DNA of 62,006 bases, from the NCBI GenBank assembly GCA_017427715.1, contig JAFRSF010000030.1, positions 1-62,006 of the forward strand. Direction: 5' to 3'. This document shows, in pieces, positions 43,912-52,072 of the stretch (positions are counted from its first letter, which is position 1; each line of letters opens with the position of its first letter). A program made the position numbers and the translations under genes. The stretch is from Alphaproteobacteria bacterium (GTDB lineage Bacteria; Pseudomonadota; Alphaproteobacteria; Rs-D84). Under the pieces are notes generated by a model. It had not been told where the DNA came from and made no database searches. It saw only the letters and a list, made by a program, of their open reading frames with translations.

Positions 43912-46329
43912 CTATTCTACCGTAATCGGCGGGAAACAATCGCCACCAGAATCAGGGCAACAATTAAAACCTTGTTCGCCCATATCTGTATATGTTTCAC
44001 CCGTGCAACAACCATTAGCATCAGGTGCAGAACCATCATCACATGTCAGAACTTCTTCTTCTGGTGCCTGATTTGCAGGTTTAGCAAAAGGATTTAATAT
44101 TGTTTCTCCATCATCTGCATATTTTAATCCCAGAATGTCTTCATTGTATGCCTTTGTTTTTTCTGGATCTCTGTCTTTTGCGGTTCCATATTTTTCTTGG
44201 AATTTACTTACTTCTTGTTTTGAATACGCTTCGTTTCGTAAATTGTTCTTTGCAACATAGTTTTTAGATTCGCAATATACCAATATCGTTCTGTAATCAT
44301 AACCATATGTGTTCTCAGCCCAATTCGTTCCGATTGTCCATTTTTTATCTTTGTCTTGGTCGCAATATTGATCCAGAGACCAAGATCTAACCTGACCCAC
44401 CCATGAAGCGTCACTTTTATCAACCGATACTTTCTTTAATTCAGACCATTTACGACGTGAAGTTGTATCATATTCTTCAAAAGCGCATTTTTTACCAGCC
44501 GCATCTTCACCTTGACCACAAGTGACAACCAAATCCACTGGTGAATATACATTTATACGTGTTCCAGCCGGTATAGAAAATGGTGGAACGGTATTACTGA
44601 TTGCATCAACAACCAATTTGTTTGTTATTCTATTCCATGTGTTTATAATGTCTTGCTTTGCCATCTCAGAAGACCGCATAGTTCCTGATTGAACAACTGT
44701 ATTATTATCAAGATTTATTTGATTTACAAAAGTATCAGCAATCGGTGCAATCATATTAACAGCAGCAGGAACCATAGCAGTCAAAATAGGAATAACCATT
44801 TGTTCTACATAGTCAGTGCTGCCACGACCAGGTACACCAACACGTCCCTGGGCATCACCAGAATAAGGGTCTGTATTAGTGTTTGGAAAATTAAATTCTA
44901 CCCCATCAGGACGAATAAATTGATACCATCTGATATTCATACGGCCAAATGACTGGTACGGTCCGGGCAGTTTGCCTTCTAGATATCCCATTAACAGTGT
45001 TCCTGTTGGAACAATAATTGTACGTCCATCATCAGAATAAACGTTTCTGTCAACTGTTGCACGTACAGGAATACTGTGATTTTTTTCTGCTGAACATTCG
45101 CCCTCTGTTACAGAATCACATCCATAAACACTGGGGTCGGCGCGTACTTCTGATACAATAGTTGCAGGAATAGGTTTAAATTGACGCAATATAAATGTTC
45201 TGTCGTATGGACGTGAAGACACGATACGTTCTTCTGCAGCAGCAGAACCCTTGTATTTTTCTTCTTCGTATTTATTCCATTTTCCTTCTTCACTGAAAAT
45301 CTTCATACCACCACCGCTACTCCATACAGCACTGTCATCAAATGTGCCGTTTGGTAATTGCAAAGATGCTGTTGACGGTGCAGACAAAGATGGCAAAGTC
45401 AAACCACGATTTTGAACATGACGATAACCAATATGTTCTGCATCTGTCCCAATTTTTGAACCATCTTTTAACGAAGTAATAATACCGGTAGTCCAATCGT
45501 ATTTTCCTGTGGGATTGTTACAATCTTTGTCAGAAAATGGGTGAAAATAATTTGCACCTTTGGTTGGTTTTATCCAACCAATTTGTGTACCAGATTGATT
45601 ATAACCAGGAATTGCAAAATCAGAACATTTTTCAGACGGTAAAACTATATCTGGTTCAGGGTCTGGTTCTACAAAAGGTTTTTCCGGTGCAATCATACTG
45701 ATTTCTTCCTTGATATCCGGTATTTCTGGTTTTTCTTCAATAACGGGTTCAGGTTCGGGTTCTGGCACCACAACAGGTTCTGGTTTTGGCTCAGTTTTTT
45801 CCACAACAACTGGTTCAGGTTTTGGAACTTCTTTGACGATTTCATTCGCGCTGAAAATCACTGGTATTTCTTTGCTTTCAGAATCTTCGTTATCTGGTAA
45901 ATGATATTTAATTGATAAACTAGTTGCTGTTTGTTGTCTTTTCGAACTGGGCGCATAAATCACGGTCATTTCGCAATAGTTATCAATTTTTTTATCGCAA
46001 TCACCTGTGATTTTCCAATCGTTTTCAGATTCTGCATCATTAATTTTTGTGCTTTCTATAAATACAATATCGTTAACAGTGATTTCTAATGTTTGCTGTT
46101 TTTTATCGCCAACATTAACATTTTTGAAATCTAAACTGGTTGGCTTAAACAACCATTCAATCGTTTTTTCTTCTGGTACAATTTCTTTTTTATTTTTACC
46201 AGTAAAATTACGTATTAACAATGTCAACAAAATAAGAACCACAATAAATGCAGCAACTAATAGCAACCACTGAATATGTTTCGGGGTAGTTGTTCGAAAT
46301 TCTATAAACTGTTGTTTTACACTTTTCAT
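43912..46329 (-). CDS. virB10: VirB10/TrbI family type IV secretion protein, greatly expanded (805 aa)
   Basis: N-terminal TM (WLLLVAAFIVVLILLTLLI). Pro-rich region VPKPEPVVVEKTEPKPEPVVVPEPEPEPV. TrbI core: IPATIVSEVRADPS...VRATVDRNVYSDDGRTIIVPTGTLLMGY...GRMNIRWYQFIRPDGVEF...DAQGRVGVPG. Extra domains lie before and after the core. Confidence 0.85.
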   Translation of the reverse strand: MKSVKQQFIEFRTTTPKHIQWLLLVAAFIVVLILLTLLIRNFTGKNKKEIVPEEKTIEWLFKPTSLDFKNVNVGDKKQQTLEITVNDIVFIESTKINDAESENDWKITGDCDKKIDNYCEMTVIYAPSSKRQQTATSLSIKYHLPDNEDSESKEIPVIFSANEIVKEVPKPEPVVVEKTEPKPEPVVVPEPEPEPVIEEKPEIPDIKEEISMIAPEKPFVEPDPEPDIVLPSEKCSDFAIPGYNQSGTQIGWIKPTKGANYFHPFSDKDCNNPTGKYDWTTGIITSLKDGSKIGTDAEHIGYRHVQNRGLTLPSLSAPSTASLQLPNGTFDDSAVWSSGGGMKIFSEEGKWNKYEEEKYKGSAAAEERIVSSRPYDRTFILRQFKPIPATIVSEVRADPSVYGCDSVTEGECSAEKNHSIPVRATVDRNVYSDDGRTIIVPTGTLLMGYLEGKLPGPYQSFGRMNIRWYQFIRPDGVEFNFPNTNTDPYSGDAQGRVGVPGRGSTDYVEQMVIPILTAMVPAAVNMIAPIADTFVNQINLDNNTVVQSGTMRSSEMAKQDIINTWNRITNKLVVDAISNTVPPFSIPAGTRINVYSPVDLVVTCGQGEDAAGKKCAFEEYDTTSRRKWSELKKVSVDKSDASWVGQVRSWSLDQYCDQDKDKKWTIGTNWAENTYGYDYRTILVYCESKNYVAKNNLRNEAYSKQEVSKFQEKYGTAKDRDPEKTKAYNEDILGLKYADDGETILNPFAKPANQAPEEEVLTCDDGSAPDANGCCTGETYTDMGEQGFNCCPDSGGDCFPPITVE

Positions 46330-46332
46330 TTT

Positions 46333-47832
46333 TTACTGTATTCTAACCACATGGCAACTTGCGCCACTAAACTTTAATAACTGGTCACATAATTTCTGAG
46401 CTGTATCTATATCAGCCAAAGGACCAATCCGCAAACGATACAAACGCGCCGATGTAGAATCTGCACCTAAATCACCGACACCTTGTTCGTCTACTGCAAA
46501 AAACACGCTGTTTTTATAAGGTGTTAATAAACCGACACCATCATCACCACTGAATTTAGCCAACAAATCAGTCCAATAATCGTTTAATGCTTTGACCGAA
46601 GTATCAGATTTTAATTCGACTGCGACACCGGTTTGATTGCTGGCAATCAAAGGTATATTTGTTTGCGGCAAATATGAACCAGCTGTGGTTCTAGACGTTG
46701 GAATCGCACCATTTATGCCTGTGTTTCCGCCAGATACTGTTGTGTTAACCATTTGATTGCCGTAAATTACATTAGGTTGATTATAAATCATTGTTGGACT
46801 GGCCGTGTAATCGTTATATCCAGCATTTATTGCATACATGTCGTCATTGTATGCGATTGCGTTCAAAGATTGGTTAGCAGCTAAAGATTGTGCAACATTC
46901 GCTTCGGCCAAAGCCATTACAGATGCTGTATCCGCAATCAAGAAAGGTTTTTCACGTTTTTTGATACAAACAATCCTTTGACCACTGCGCAAAATCATAT
47001 CGCCAACCGCTTCTACAATTAACAAACGACCATCTTCGCCGTCTGTGCGAAATCCCACAGGACTTTCGCCCCCTTCGACTAGTAAAGACACCACGGGACG
47101 CTGTGTCATAGAAATTACTTTGTCACCAAAATCGATATATGTAAATATTCTGTCGCGCCATACACGTTCTGGTGCAATCACGTAATCATCAGGATTTGGT
47201 ACAAATATGTCTAAATCAAAACGGAATTCAGACGGGTCAATTTTCATAGTTTTTATCCAACCATAATCTTCGCCATCAACACCAATTGTTGATACACTTT
47301 GAGATTTTGCGTTAAATATAGAACCCATAGAACCGCCAGCCATAGACGTTTTTGCAGTATTTGCAATATTACCCCCGCTACCCAAAGAAATATCAACTTG
47401 GGAATAAGAAATTTCGCTTGAATTCACGGGATACGCGCGCAAATAAAATATGTATTTATTCCCAGATTTGCCAGTCACAATTAAATTAGTATCATTACCG
47501 TTATTACCTTCGGTTGGTTGAATATACATAGATTGTTGTCCTTGAGCGGTTTTAACATCAAACAAACCTTCGGAACCAACCACCACGTCAGATATCGCTT
47601 CGCCGGCAGGCAATGTCACCAAAGTCGCCATTCCTGCACGCGTTTTAATCGGCAAAACAGTCCCTGTTGACCATACAAGATTTGCATAACCTGGCTGACT
47701 GGATCCGACTGCCATGTTTGCGTTTGGATTATCCCAAGCTGCCTGAAAATCAGCCATCGCAGGAAACACACAACACATCATTGCCAACAAAGAAATATTC
47801 AGTTTATATGTTTTTACGCACGTCATAATCAC
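46333..47832 (-). CDS. virB9: VirB9/TrbG/CagX family protein fused to a C-terminal SPOR domain
   Basis: Signal peptide. N-domain LPIKTRAGMATLVTLPAGEAISDVVVGSEGLFDV...TNLIVTGKSGNKYIFYLRA. C-domain APERVWRDRIFTYIDFG...RPVVSLLVEGGESPVGFR. The terminal LYRLRIGPLADIDTAQKLCDQLLKFSGASCHVVRI is a SPOR pattern. Confidence 0.8.
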   Translation of the reverse strand: MIMTCVKTYKLNISLLAMMCCVFPAMADFQAAWDNPNANMAVGSSQPGYANLVWSTGTVLPIKTRAGMATLVTLPAGEAISDVVVGSEGLFDVKTAQGQQSMYIQPTEGNNGNDTNLIVTGKSGNKYIFYLRAYPVNSSEISYSQVDISLGSGGNIANTAKTSMAGGSMGSIFNAKSQSVSTIGVDGEDYGWIKTMKIDPSEFRFDLDIFVPNPDDYVIAPERVWRDRIFTYIDFGDKVISMTQRPVVSLLVEGGESPVGFRTDGEDGRLLIVEAVGDMILRSGQRIVCIKKREKPFLIADTASVMALAEANVAQSLAANQSLNAIAYNDDMYAINAGYNDYTASPTMIYNQPNVIYGNQMVNTTVSGGNTGINGAIPTSRTTAGSYLPQTNIPLIASNQTGVAVELKSDTSVKALNDYWTDLLAKFSGDDGVGLLTPYKNSVFFAVDEQGVGDLGADSTSARLYRLRIGPLADIDTAQKLCDQLLKFSGASCHVVRIQ

Positions 47833-48521
47833 AATCCTTCGTTATAAAAATCTGGTTCCAAATCTGACAAAGGGTCAACACCTTTGTTATTCGTAACTGT
47901 ATATTCTGTAATCTGAATACCCAGCGGATTATCCCGCAATTCTTCCAGATTATTCAATACGGTATCTGATTCATTATCAAGATATGATTGTATTGCTATT
48001 TGTATCATATAACTTTTGGGTTCGCTCTGTCCACCACTATTTTGATTTTTGCAAATTCGTGTAAAAGGCACCCTGTAAACACCACCGGTGTGTGGAATAT
48101 TACTTTGGTCAAAATAAACCTGACAAGACACATTTTGTAATCGATATTTTTCAATGTCTTTATATGTGCTTGTGTCTTTGAATTTTTTGTACACAGCATT
48201 TGAAGACCAAGGTTTCACGATTGTATTCCATCTGGCCATGGTTGTTGTTGGCGATGGGTCAATAGTATTTCTTGCAATTATATATGTCCTGATAAAACCT
48301 TCGATGTATTTTTTGTGAAAATCACGTTCAGTCGGATTAGGTTGTTCCAACACATAATTTATATTGCGACTTTGGTTTTGCAGAAAAAATACTTCTGGTC
48401 TGGTCAAAGGTGCCATTTTGGTCAAAGTAAACACCAATACGGCCAATACAACAGCCGATGCAGCCAACACAAACGTCAGCGTTCTTGACATTAAAACCGG
48501 TGGTTCAACGACCTTCGCCAC
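47829..48521 (-). CDS. virB8: VirB8 family type IV secretion protein
   Basis: N-terminal TM plus an NTF2-like periplasmic domain ending in the hallmark NPLGIQITEYTV. GTG 48521 is preceded by SD AGGGGA. The stop overlaps the virB9 start. Confidence 0.8.
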   Translation of the reverse strand: MAKVVEPPVLMSRTLTFVLAASAVVLAVLVFTLTKMAPLTRPEVFFLQNQSRNINYVLEQPNPTERDFHKKYIEGFIRTYIIARNTIDPSPTTTMARWNTIVKPWSSNAVYKKFKDTSTYKDIEKYRLQNVSCQVYFDQSNIPHTGGVYRVPFTRICKNQNSGGQSEPKSYMIQIAIQSYLDNESDTVLNNLEELRDNPLGIQITEYTVTNNKGVDPLSDLEPDFYNEGL

Positions 48522-48547
48522 AATATTCCCCTACATTATTTAAACAG

Positions 48548-48577
48548 ATTGTAGACAATTTTATTTATTCTGTGCAA
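48548..48577 (-). promoter_or_regulatory. candidate virB8 operon promoter TTGCAC-18-TACAAT
   Basis: The minus strand reads gcTTGCACagaataaataaaattgtcTACAATctg. Confidence 0.45.
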
Positions 48578-48652
48578 GCAAAAAAATAACAAAATAGTGT
48601 TTTTATATATTAAAATGTGTTTTTATGGTTACAACGTGCCATATTTTTTCGC

Positions 48653-48681
48653 TTGCGATAATTTTTTTTAAACGTTATAAT
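48653..48681 (+). promoter_or_regulatory. TTGCGA-17-TATAAT promoter upstream of tRNA-Trp/secE
   Basis: cTTGCGAtaattttttttaaacgtTATAATa. Confidence 0.55.
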
Positions 48682-48792
48682 ATTTCCGCTTGATTTTTAA
48701 TATTGGTGTGCTATGCTTGCACCGATTATCGGTATACGTAACGAAAAAAACTGGGGTGTTTATGGGGATTTGTACGCGAAGATTATAGAGAT

Positions 48793-48866
48793 AGGGGCTT
48801 AGTTCAACGGTAGAATATCGGTCTCCAAAACCGCGGATGAGGGTTCGATTCCTTCAGCCCCTGCCA
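48793..48866 (+). tRNA. tRNA-Trp (anticodon CCA)
   Basis: Hand-folded 74-nt cloverleaf: AGGGGCT TA GTTC AACGGTA GAAT A TCGGT CTCCAAA ACCGC GGAT GAGGG TTCGATT CCTTC AGCCCCT G CCA. It sits in the conserved position upstream of secE. Confidence 0.9.
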
Positions 48867-48911
48867 GAAGCAAAGTGTATCAATAAAAACAAGACAAATC
48901 GGAAAGTTTTT

Positions 48912-49091
48912 ATGAAAAAAATATTAGAGTTTATTAAATCAGTGCGTTCAGAATGGTTCAAAATTGTTTGGCCTTCACGTGATAATGTTATCAAAACAAC
49001 CATAATGATATTGGTTTTTTCTGGGTTGGCGGCTTTGTTTTTTTTCATTGTTGACGGGATTTTGAATGCGTTGGTTGGTTGGATTTTCTAA
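48912..49091 (+). CDS. secE: preprotein translocase subunit SecE
   Basis: 59 aa: MKKILEFIKSVRSEWFKIVWPSRDNVIKTTIMILVFSGLAALFFFIVDGIL. The track ORF starts inside the tRNA. Confidence 0.9.
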   Translation: MKKILEFIKSVRSEWFKIVWPSRDNVIKTTIMILVFSGLAALFFFIVDGILNALVGWIF

Positions 49092-49110
49092 GATTACAAA
49101 GGAATAGGGT

Positions 49111-49656
49111 ATGGAAGAAAAAATGCAGTGGTTTGTCGTAAATGTTCATACAGGCAGCGAAGATAAGGTTGCTAGAGAATTGCGTGAGCAAATTGATAAA
49201 CGTAAATTAAATGCTTATTTTGGTGAAATTTTAGTTCCGACACGTGAAGTTTCCGAAATCAAAGCGGGAAAACGTGTTAAAACAGAAAAAAAGTTTTTTC
49301 CAGGATACATTGTTGTTCAGATGGTTATGAATAACGAAACTTTTTCTTTGGTCAGATTGTTGCCCCAAGTTGTTATGTTTTTGGGTCAGAAAGTCAAAGG
49401 TCAACCAAAACCTATTGCTATCAGTGAAGCAGAGGCCCGTCGTTTATTGAAACAGGTTGAAGAAGGTTCTGTTGTCACAGAAGATACTGTATATGAAGAA
49501 GGTCAAGAAGTTCATGTGATTGATGGACCTTTTGCGAATTTCAATGGTGTTGCATCCAATGTTGATAATGTGAAACAAAAAATGACCGTGACTATTTTGG
49601 TGTTTGGTCGTGAAACCAGTGTTGAATTGGATTTTACACAAGTAGAAAAGATTTAG
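49111..49656 (+). CDS. nusG: transcription termination/antitermination factor NusG
   Basis: NGN domain WFVVNVHTGSEDKV and KOW motif GQEVHVIDGPFANFNGV. Confidence 0.95.
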   Translation: MEEKMQWFVVNVHTGSEDKVARELREQIDKRKLNAYFGEILVPTREVSEIKAGKRVKTEKKFFPGYIVVQMVMNNETFSLVRLLPQVVMFLGQKVKGQPKPIAISEAEARRLLKQVEEGSVVTEDTVYEEGQEVHVIDGPFANFNGVASNVDNVKQKMTVTILVFGRETSVELDFTQVEKI

Positions 49657-49747
49657 TCCTGTGGACTGAATAAACGTGGAAGATGTGCCACATCGAACCA
49701 CGACACTAACCAGATGTTAGAAACATCGTAAAAAACGGAGTGAAAAA

Positions 49748-50179
49748 ATGGCAAAAAAAGAATTAAAAGGGATTGTTAAATTAGTGGTCCCTGCAAAACA
49801 GGCAAATCCTGCGCCTCCTATTGGACCTGCGTTAGGTGCTGCTGGTGTTAATATCGCAGAGTTTTGTAAACAGTTTAATGACAAAACAGCGGACAAAGAA
49901 CCGGGAATGCCAATTCCTTGTATTATCACTGTTTATACAGATCGCAGTTTCGAATTTATTATGAAATTGCCGCCTGTGTCGTATTACATAAAAAAAGCAC
50001 TGAAATTAAAATCGGGTTCTAAAAAACCAGGTCGTGATTTCGTTGGAACTATTTCCAAAACACAAATTGAAGAAATAGCAAAGAATAAAATGCCTGACTT
50101 GAATTGCTCTACAATCGAAGCGGCATGCAATATTGTCGCAGGTCAATGTCGTTCTATGGGCGTAAAGGTGGAGGAATAA
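49748..50179 (+). CDS. rplK: 50S ribosomal protein L11
   Basis: VKLVVPAKQANPAPPIGPALGAAGVNIAEFCKQFN. Confidence 0.97.
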   Translation: MAKKELKGIVKLVVPAKQANPAPPIGPALGAAGVNIAEFCKQFNDKTADKEPGMPIPCIITVYTDRSFEFIMKLPPVSYYIKKALKLKSGSKKPGRDFVGTISKTQIEEIAKNKMPDLNCSTIEAACNIVAGQCRSMGVKVEE

Positions 50180-50182
50180 GTC

Positions 50183-50857
50183 ATGAAAGTTACAAAAAGA
50201 AAACAAACTTGGGCATCTTTGGATTCGAAGAAAGTATATTCTTTGAAAGATGCAATTGAAACGTTGCGTGGTTTTTGTTCTTCTAAATTCGATGAAAGTT
50301 TGGAAATTGCTGTTAAGTTAGGAATCGATGTTGCCAAAGCAGATCAAAATATTCGCGGAATGGTGACTTTACCAAATGGTACAGGCAAGAAAGTTCGCGT
50401 TGCAGTGTTTACTGTTAATAACCAAGAAGATGCCAAAAAAGCTGGTGCAGATGTTATCGGTGGTGAAGAATTGGTTGACAAAGTTGCAAATGGCTTTTTG
50501 GATTTTGATAGGGTTATTGCAACACCTGATATGATGCCAAAAATGTCAAAAGTGGCACGCGTTTTAGGACCAAAGGGCTTGATGCCAAACCCAAAATTGG
50601 GAACAGTTACTACCAACATAGCAGAAGCGGTTGCCAGTGCAAAGGCCGGTCAGATTGAATATCGTGCTGAAAAGAATGGTATTATTCATGCTGGTATTGG
50701 CAAAATGTCTTTTGCTACAGAAAAATTGGTTGAAAATGCAAATGCATTGATTGAACAATTGAAGAAAGTTAAACCTGCATCTTCCAAAGGTCAATATATT
50801 CTGGGGGTATCTGTTGCGACAACCCAGGGACCAGGCCTGAAAGTTGATGTAAAATAA
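50183..50857 (+). CDS. rplA: 50S ribosomal protein L1
   Basis: FDESLEIAVKLGID...NIRGMVTLPNGTGK...PKGLMPNPKLGTVT. Confidence 0.97.
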   Translation: MKVTKRKQTWASLDSKKVYSLKDAIETLRGFCSSKFDESLEIAVKLGIDVAKADQNIRGMVTLPNGTGKKVRVAVFTVNNQEDAKKAGADVIGGEELVDKVANGFLDFDRVIATPDMMPKMSKVARVLGPKGLMPNPKLGTVTTNIAEAVASAKAGQIEYRAEKNGIIHAGIGKMSFATEKLVENANALIEQLKKVKPASSKGQYILGVSVATTQGPGLKVDVK

Positions 50858-51037
50858 TTTATGGCGGATAAAGCCACCATAAAAACAGATTTCTGTCCGT
50901 GACTGATGGTGTGAACATATTCACTTAATTTCCATCATAGACAAAGAATAATTCTTTGGGGCAGGAACACAAAGCCCCACCGGTGGGAAACCACAGATGG
51001 AAAGATTAACAAAAGAAGCTTAAAAGGATATACAAAG
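50858..51037 (+). promoter_or_regulatory. structured rplJ (L10) leader region
   Basis: 180-nt untranslated spacer with paired segments (tatggcgg/gccaccata; cccaccggtggg). It occupies the position of the L10-L12 autoregulatory leader known in other bacteria. The family was not verified. Confidence 0.4.
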
Positions 51038-51517
51038 ATGAGACGCGAAGAAAAATCAGATTTGATTTCAGCGTTGCAGTCGTCCTTGAAAGAAGCAGAC
51101 GGTGTTTTCGTTGTTGAAAACCATGGTTTGACGGTGAAAGAAATGGAAATTTTGCGTAATGAATTGCGCGACAAAGTTTCTTTGTTCAAAGTCGTTAAAA
51201 ACCGTTTGATGAAATTAGCATTGAAAGATACTAGTTTCGAAGTTGTATCTAATTTGATGAAACGTCCAACTGCGGTTGCGATTGCAACAGATGCGTTGGC
51301 GGTAACAAAAGTATTAGCAAAATTTGCTGATGAACATCAAAATTTGACCATCGTTGGTGGTAAAATGGATGCAGAACTTCTGGATGTGAACGGCATAGTG
51401 CAATTATCCAAGCTTCCGTCCCTGTTGGAGATCCGTTCAACTATCGCACGTATTTTGATAGAACCGGCATCACGTCTTGCACGTGTTTCAGCAGAGTATG
51501 GAAAGAAACAAAATTAA
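51038..51517 (+). CDS. rplJ: 50S ribosomal protein L10
   Basis: Position between rplA and rplL, and an L10-like sequence ([21 protein letters not shown]...). Confidence 0.93.
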   Translation: MRREEKSDLISALQSSLKEADGVFVVENHGLTVKEMEILRNELRDKVSLFKVVKNRLMKLALKDTSFEVVSNLMKRPTAVAIATDALAVTKVLAKFADEHQNLTIVGGKMDAELLDVNGIVQLSKLPSLLEIRSTIARILIEPASRLARVSAEYGKKQN

Positions 51518-51539
51518 AAACTCAACAAGGAGTATTAAA

Positions 51540-51908
51540 ATGGCAGATATTCAAAAAATAGTTGAAGAATTGTCAAAATTGACTGTTCAAGAAGCAGTTG
51601 AATTGTCCAAAGCACTAGAAGAAACTTGGGGCGTTAGCGCTGCTGCTGCTGTTGCAGTTGCTGCTGGTCCAACAAGTGGTGCTGCAGCTGAAGAAAAAAC
51701 AGAATTTGACGTTGTATTGGCGGATGCTGGTGCAAACAAATTGGCTGTTATCAAAGCTGTTAAAGACATCACAGGTTTGGGTTTAGGCGAAGCAAAAGCT
51801 TTGGTTGAATCCGCACCAAAAGCTATAAAAGAAGCAGTTGCAAAAGATGAAGCTGAAAAAATGAAAGCAACATTAGAAGCAGCTGGTGCAAAAGTAGAAA
51901 TGAAATAA
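51540..51908 (+). CDS. rplL: 50S ribosomal protein L7/L12
   Basis: [32 protein letters not shown], an Ala-rich hinge, and [22 protein letters not shown] 51540 follows a GGAG SD. Confidence 0.97.
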   Translation: MADIQKIVEELSKLTVQEAVELSKALEETWGVSAAAAVAVAAGPTSGAAAEEKTEFDVVLADAGANKLAVIKAVKDITGLGLGEAKALVESAPKAIKEAVAKDEAEKMKATLEAAGAKVEMK

Positions 51909-51966
51909 TTTCTATAAATACAAGAATCGCAAGATTCTAATATAATTGCAGAAATGCAATTTTGCC

Positions 51967-51996
51967 GCCCACCAGGGATTTAAATCCTTGGTGGGC
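51967..51996 (+). promoter_or_regulatory. 14-bp hairpin in the rplL-rpoB spacer (attenuator/processing site candidate)
   Basis: gcccaccagggatt-ta-aatccttggtgggc. It is preceded by two smaller hairpins (agaatc-gcaa-gattct; attgca-gaa-tgcaat). Confidence 0.55.
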
Positions 51997-52072
51997 AGAC
52001 AGGCATAAAAAACATAGACGAATTTTTTCGTTTGCAAAATACAGAAGAGAATAAATAAAAAGGATTCAGAAA

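Noticed and set aside
43844-44071. 75-aa plus-strand ORF overlapping the virB10 3' end
   Set aside because: It crosses the bidirectional terminator and is antisense to the Cys-rich VirB10 tail, with no SD.
45710-45850. Tandem ggttc(a/t)ggtt(t/c)gg DNA repeats as an independent repeat element or CRISPR-like array
   Set aside because: They are simply the coding sequence (antisense view) of the VirB10 Pro-Glu-Pro-Val-rich linker. They are short, degenerate and have no spacers.
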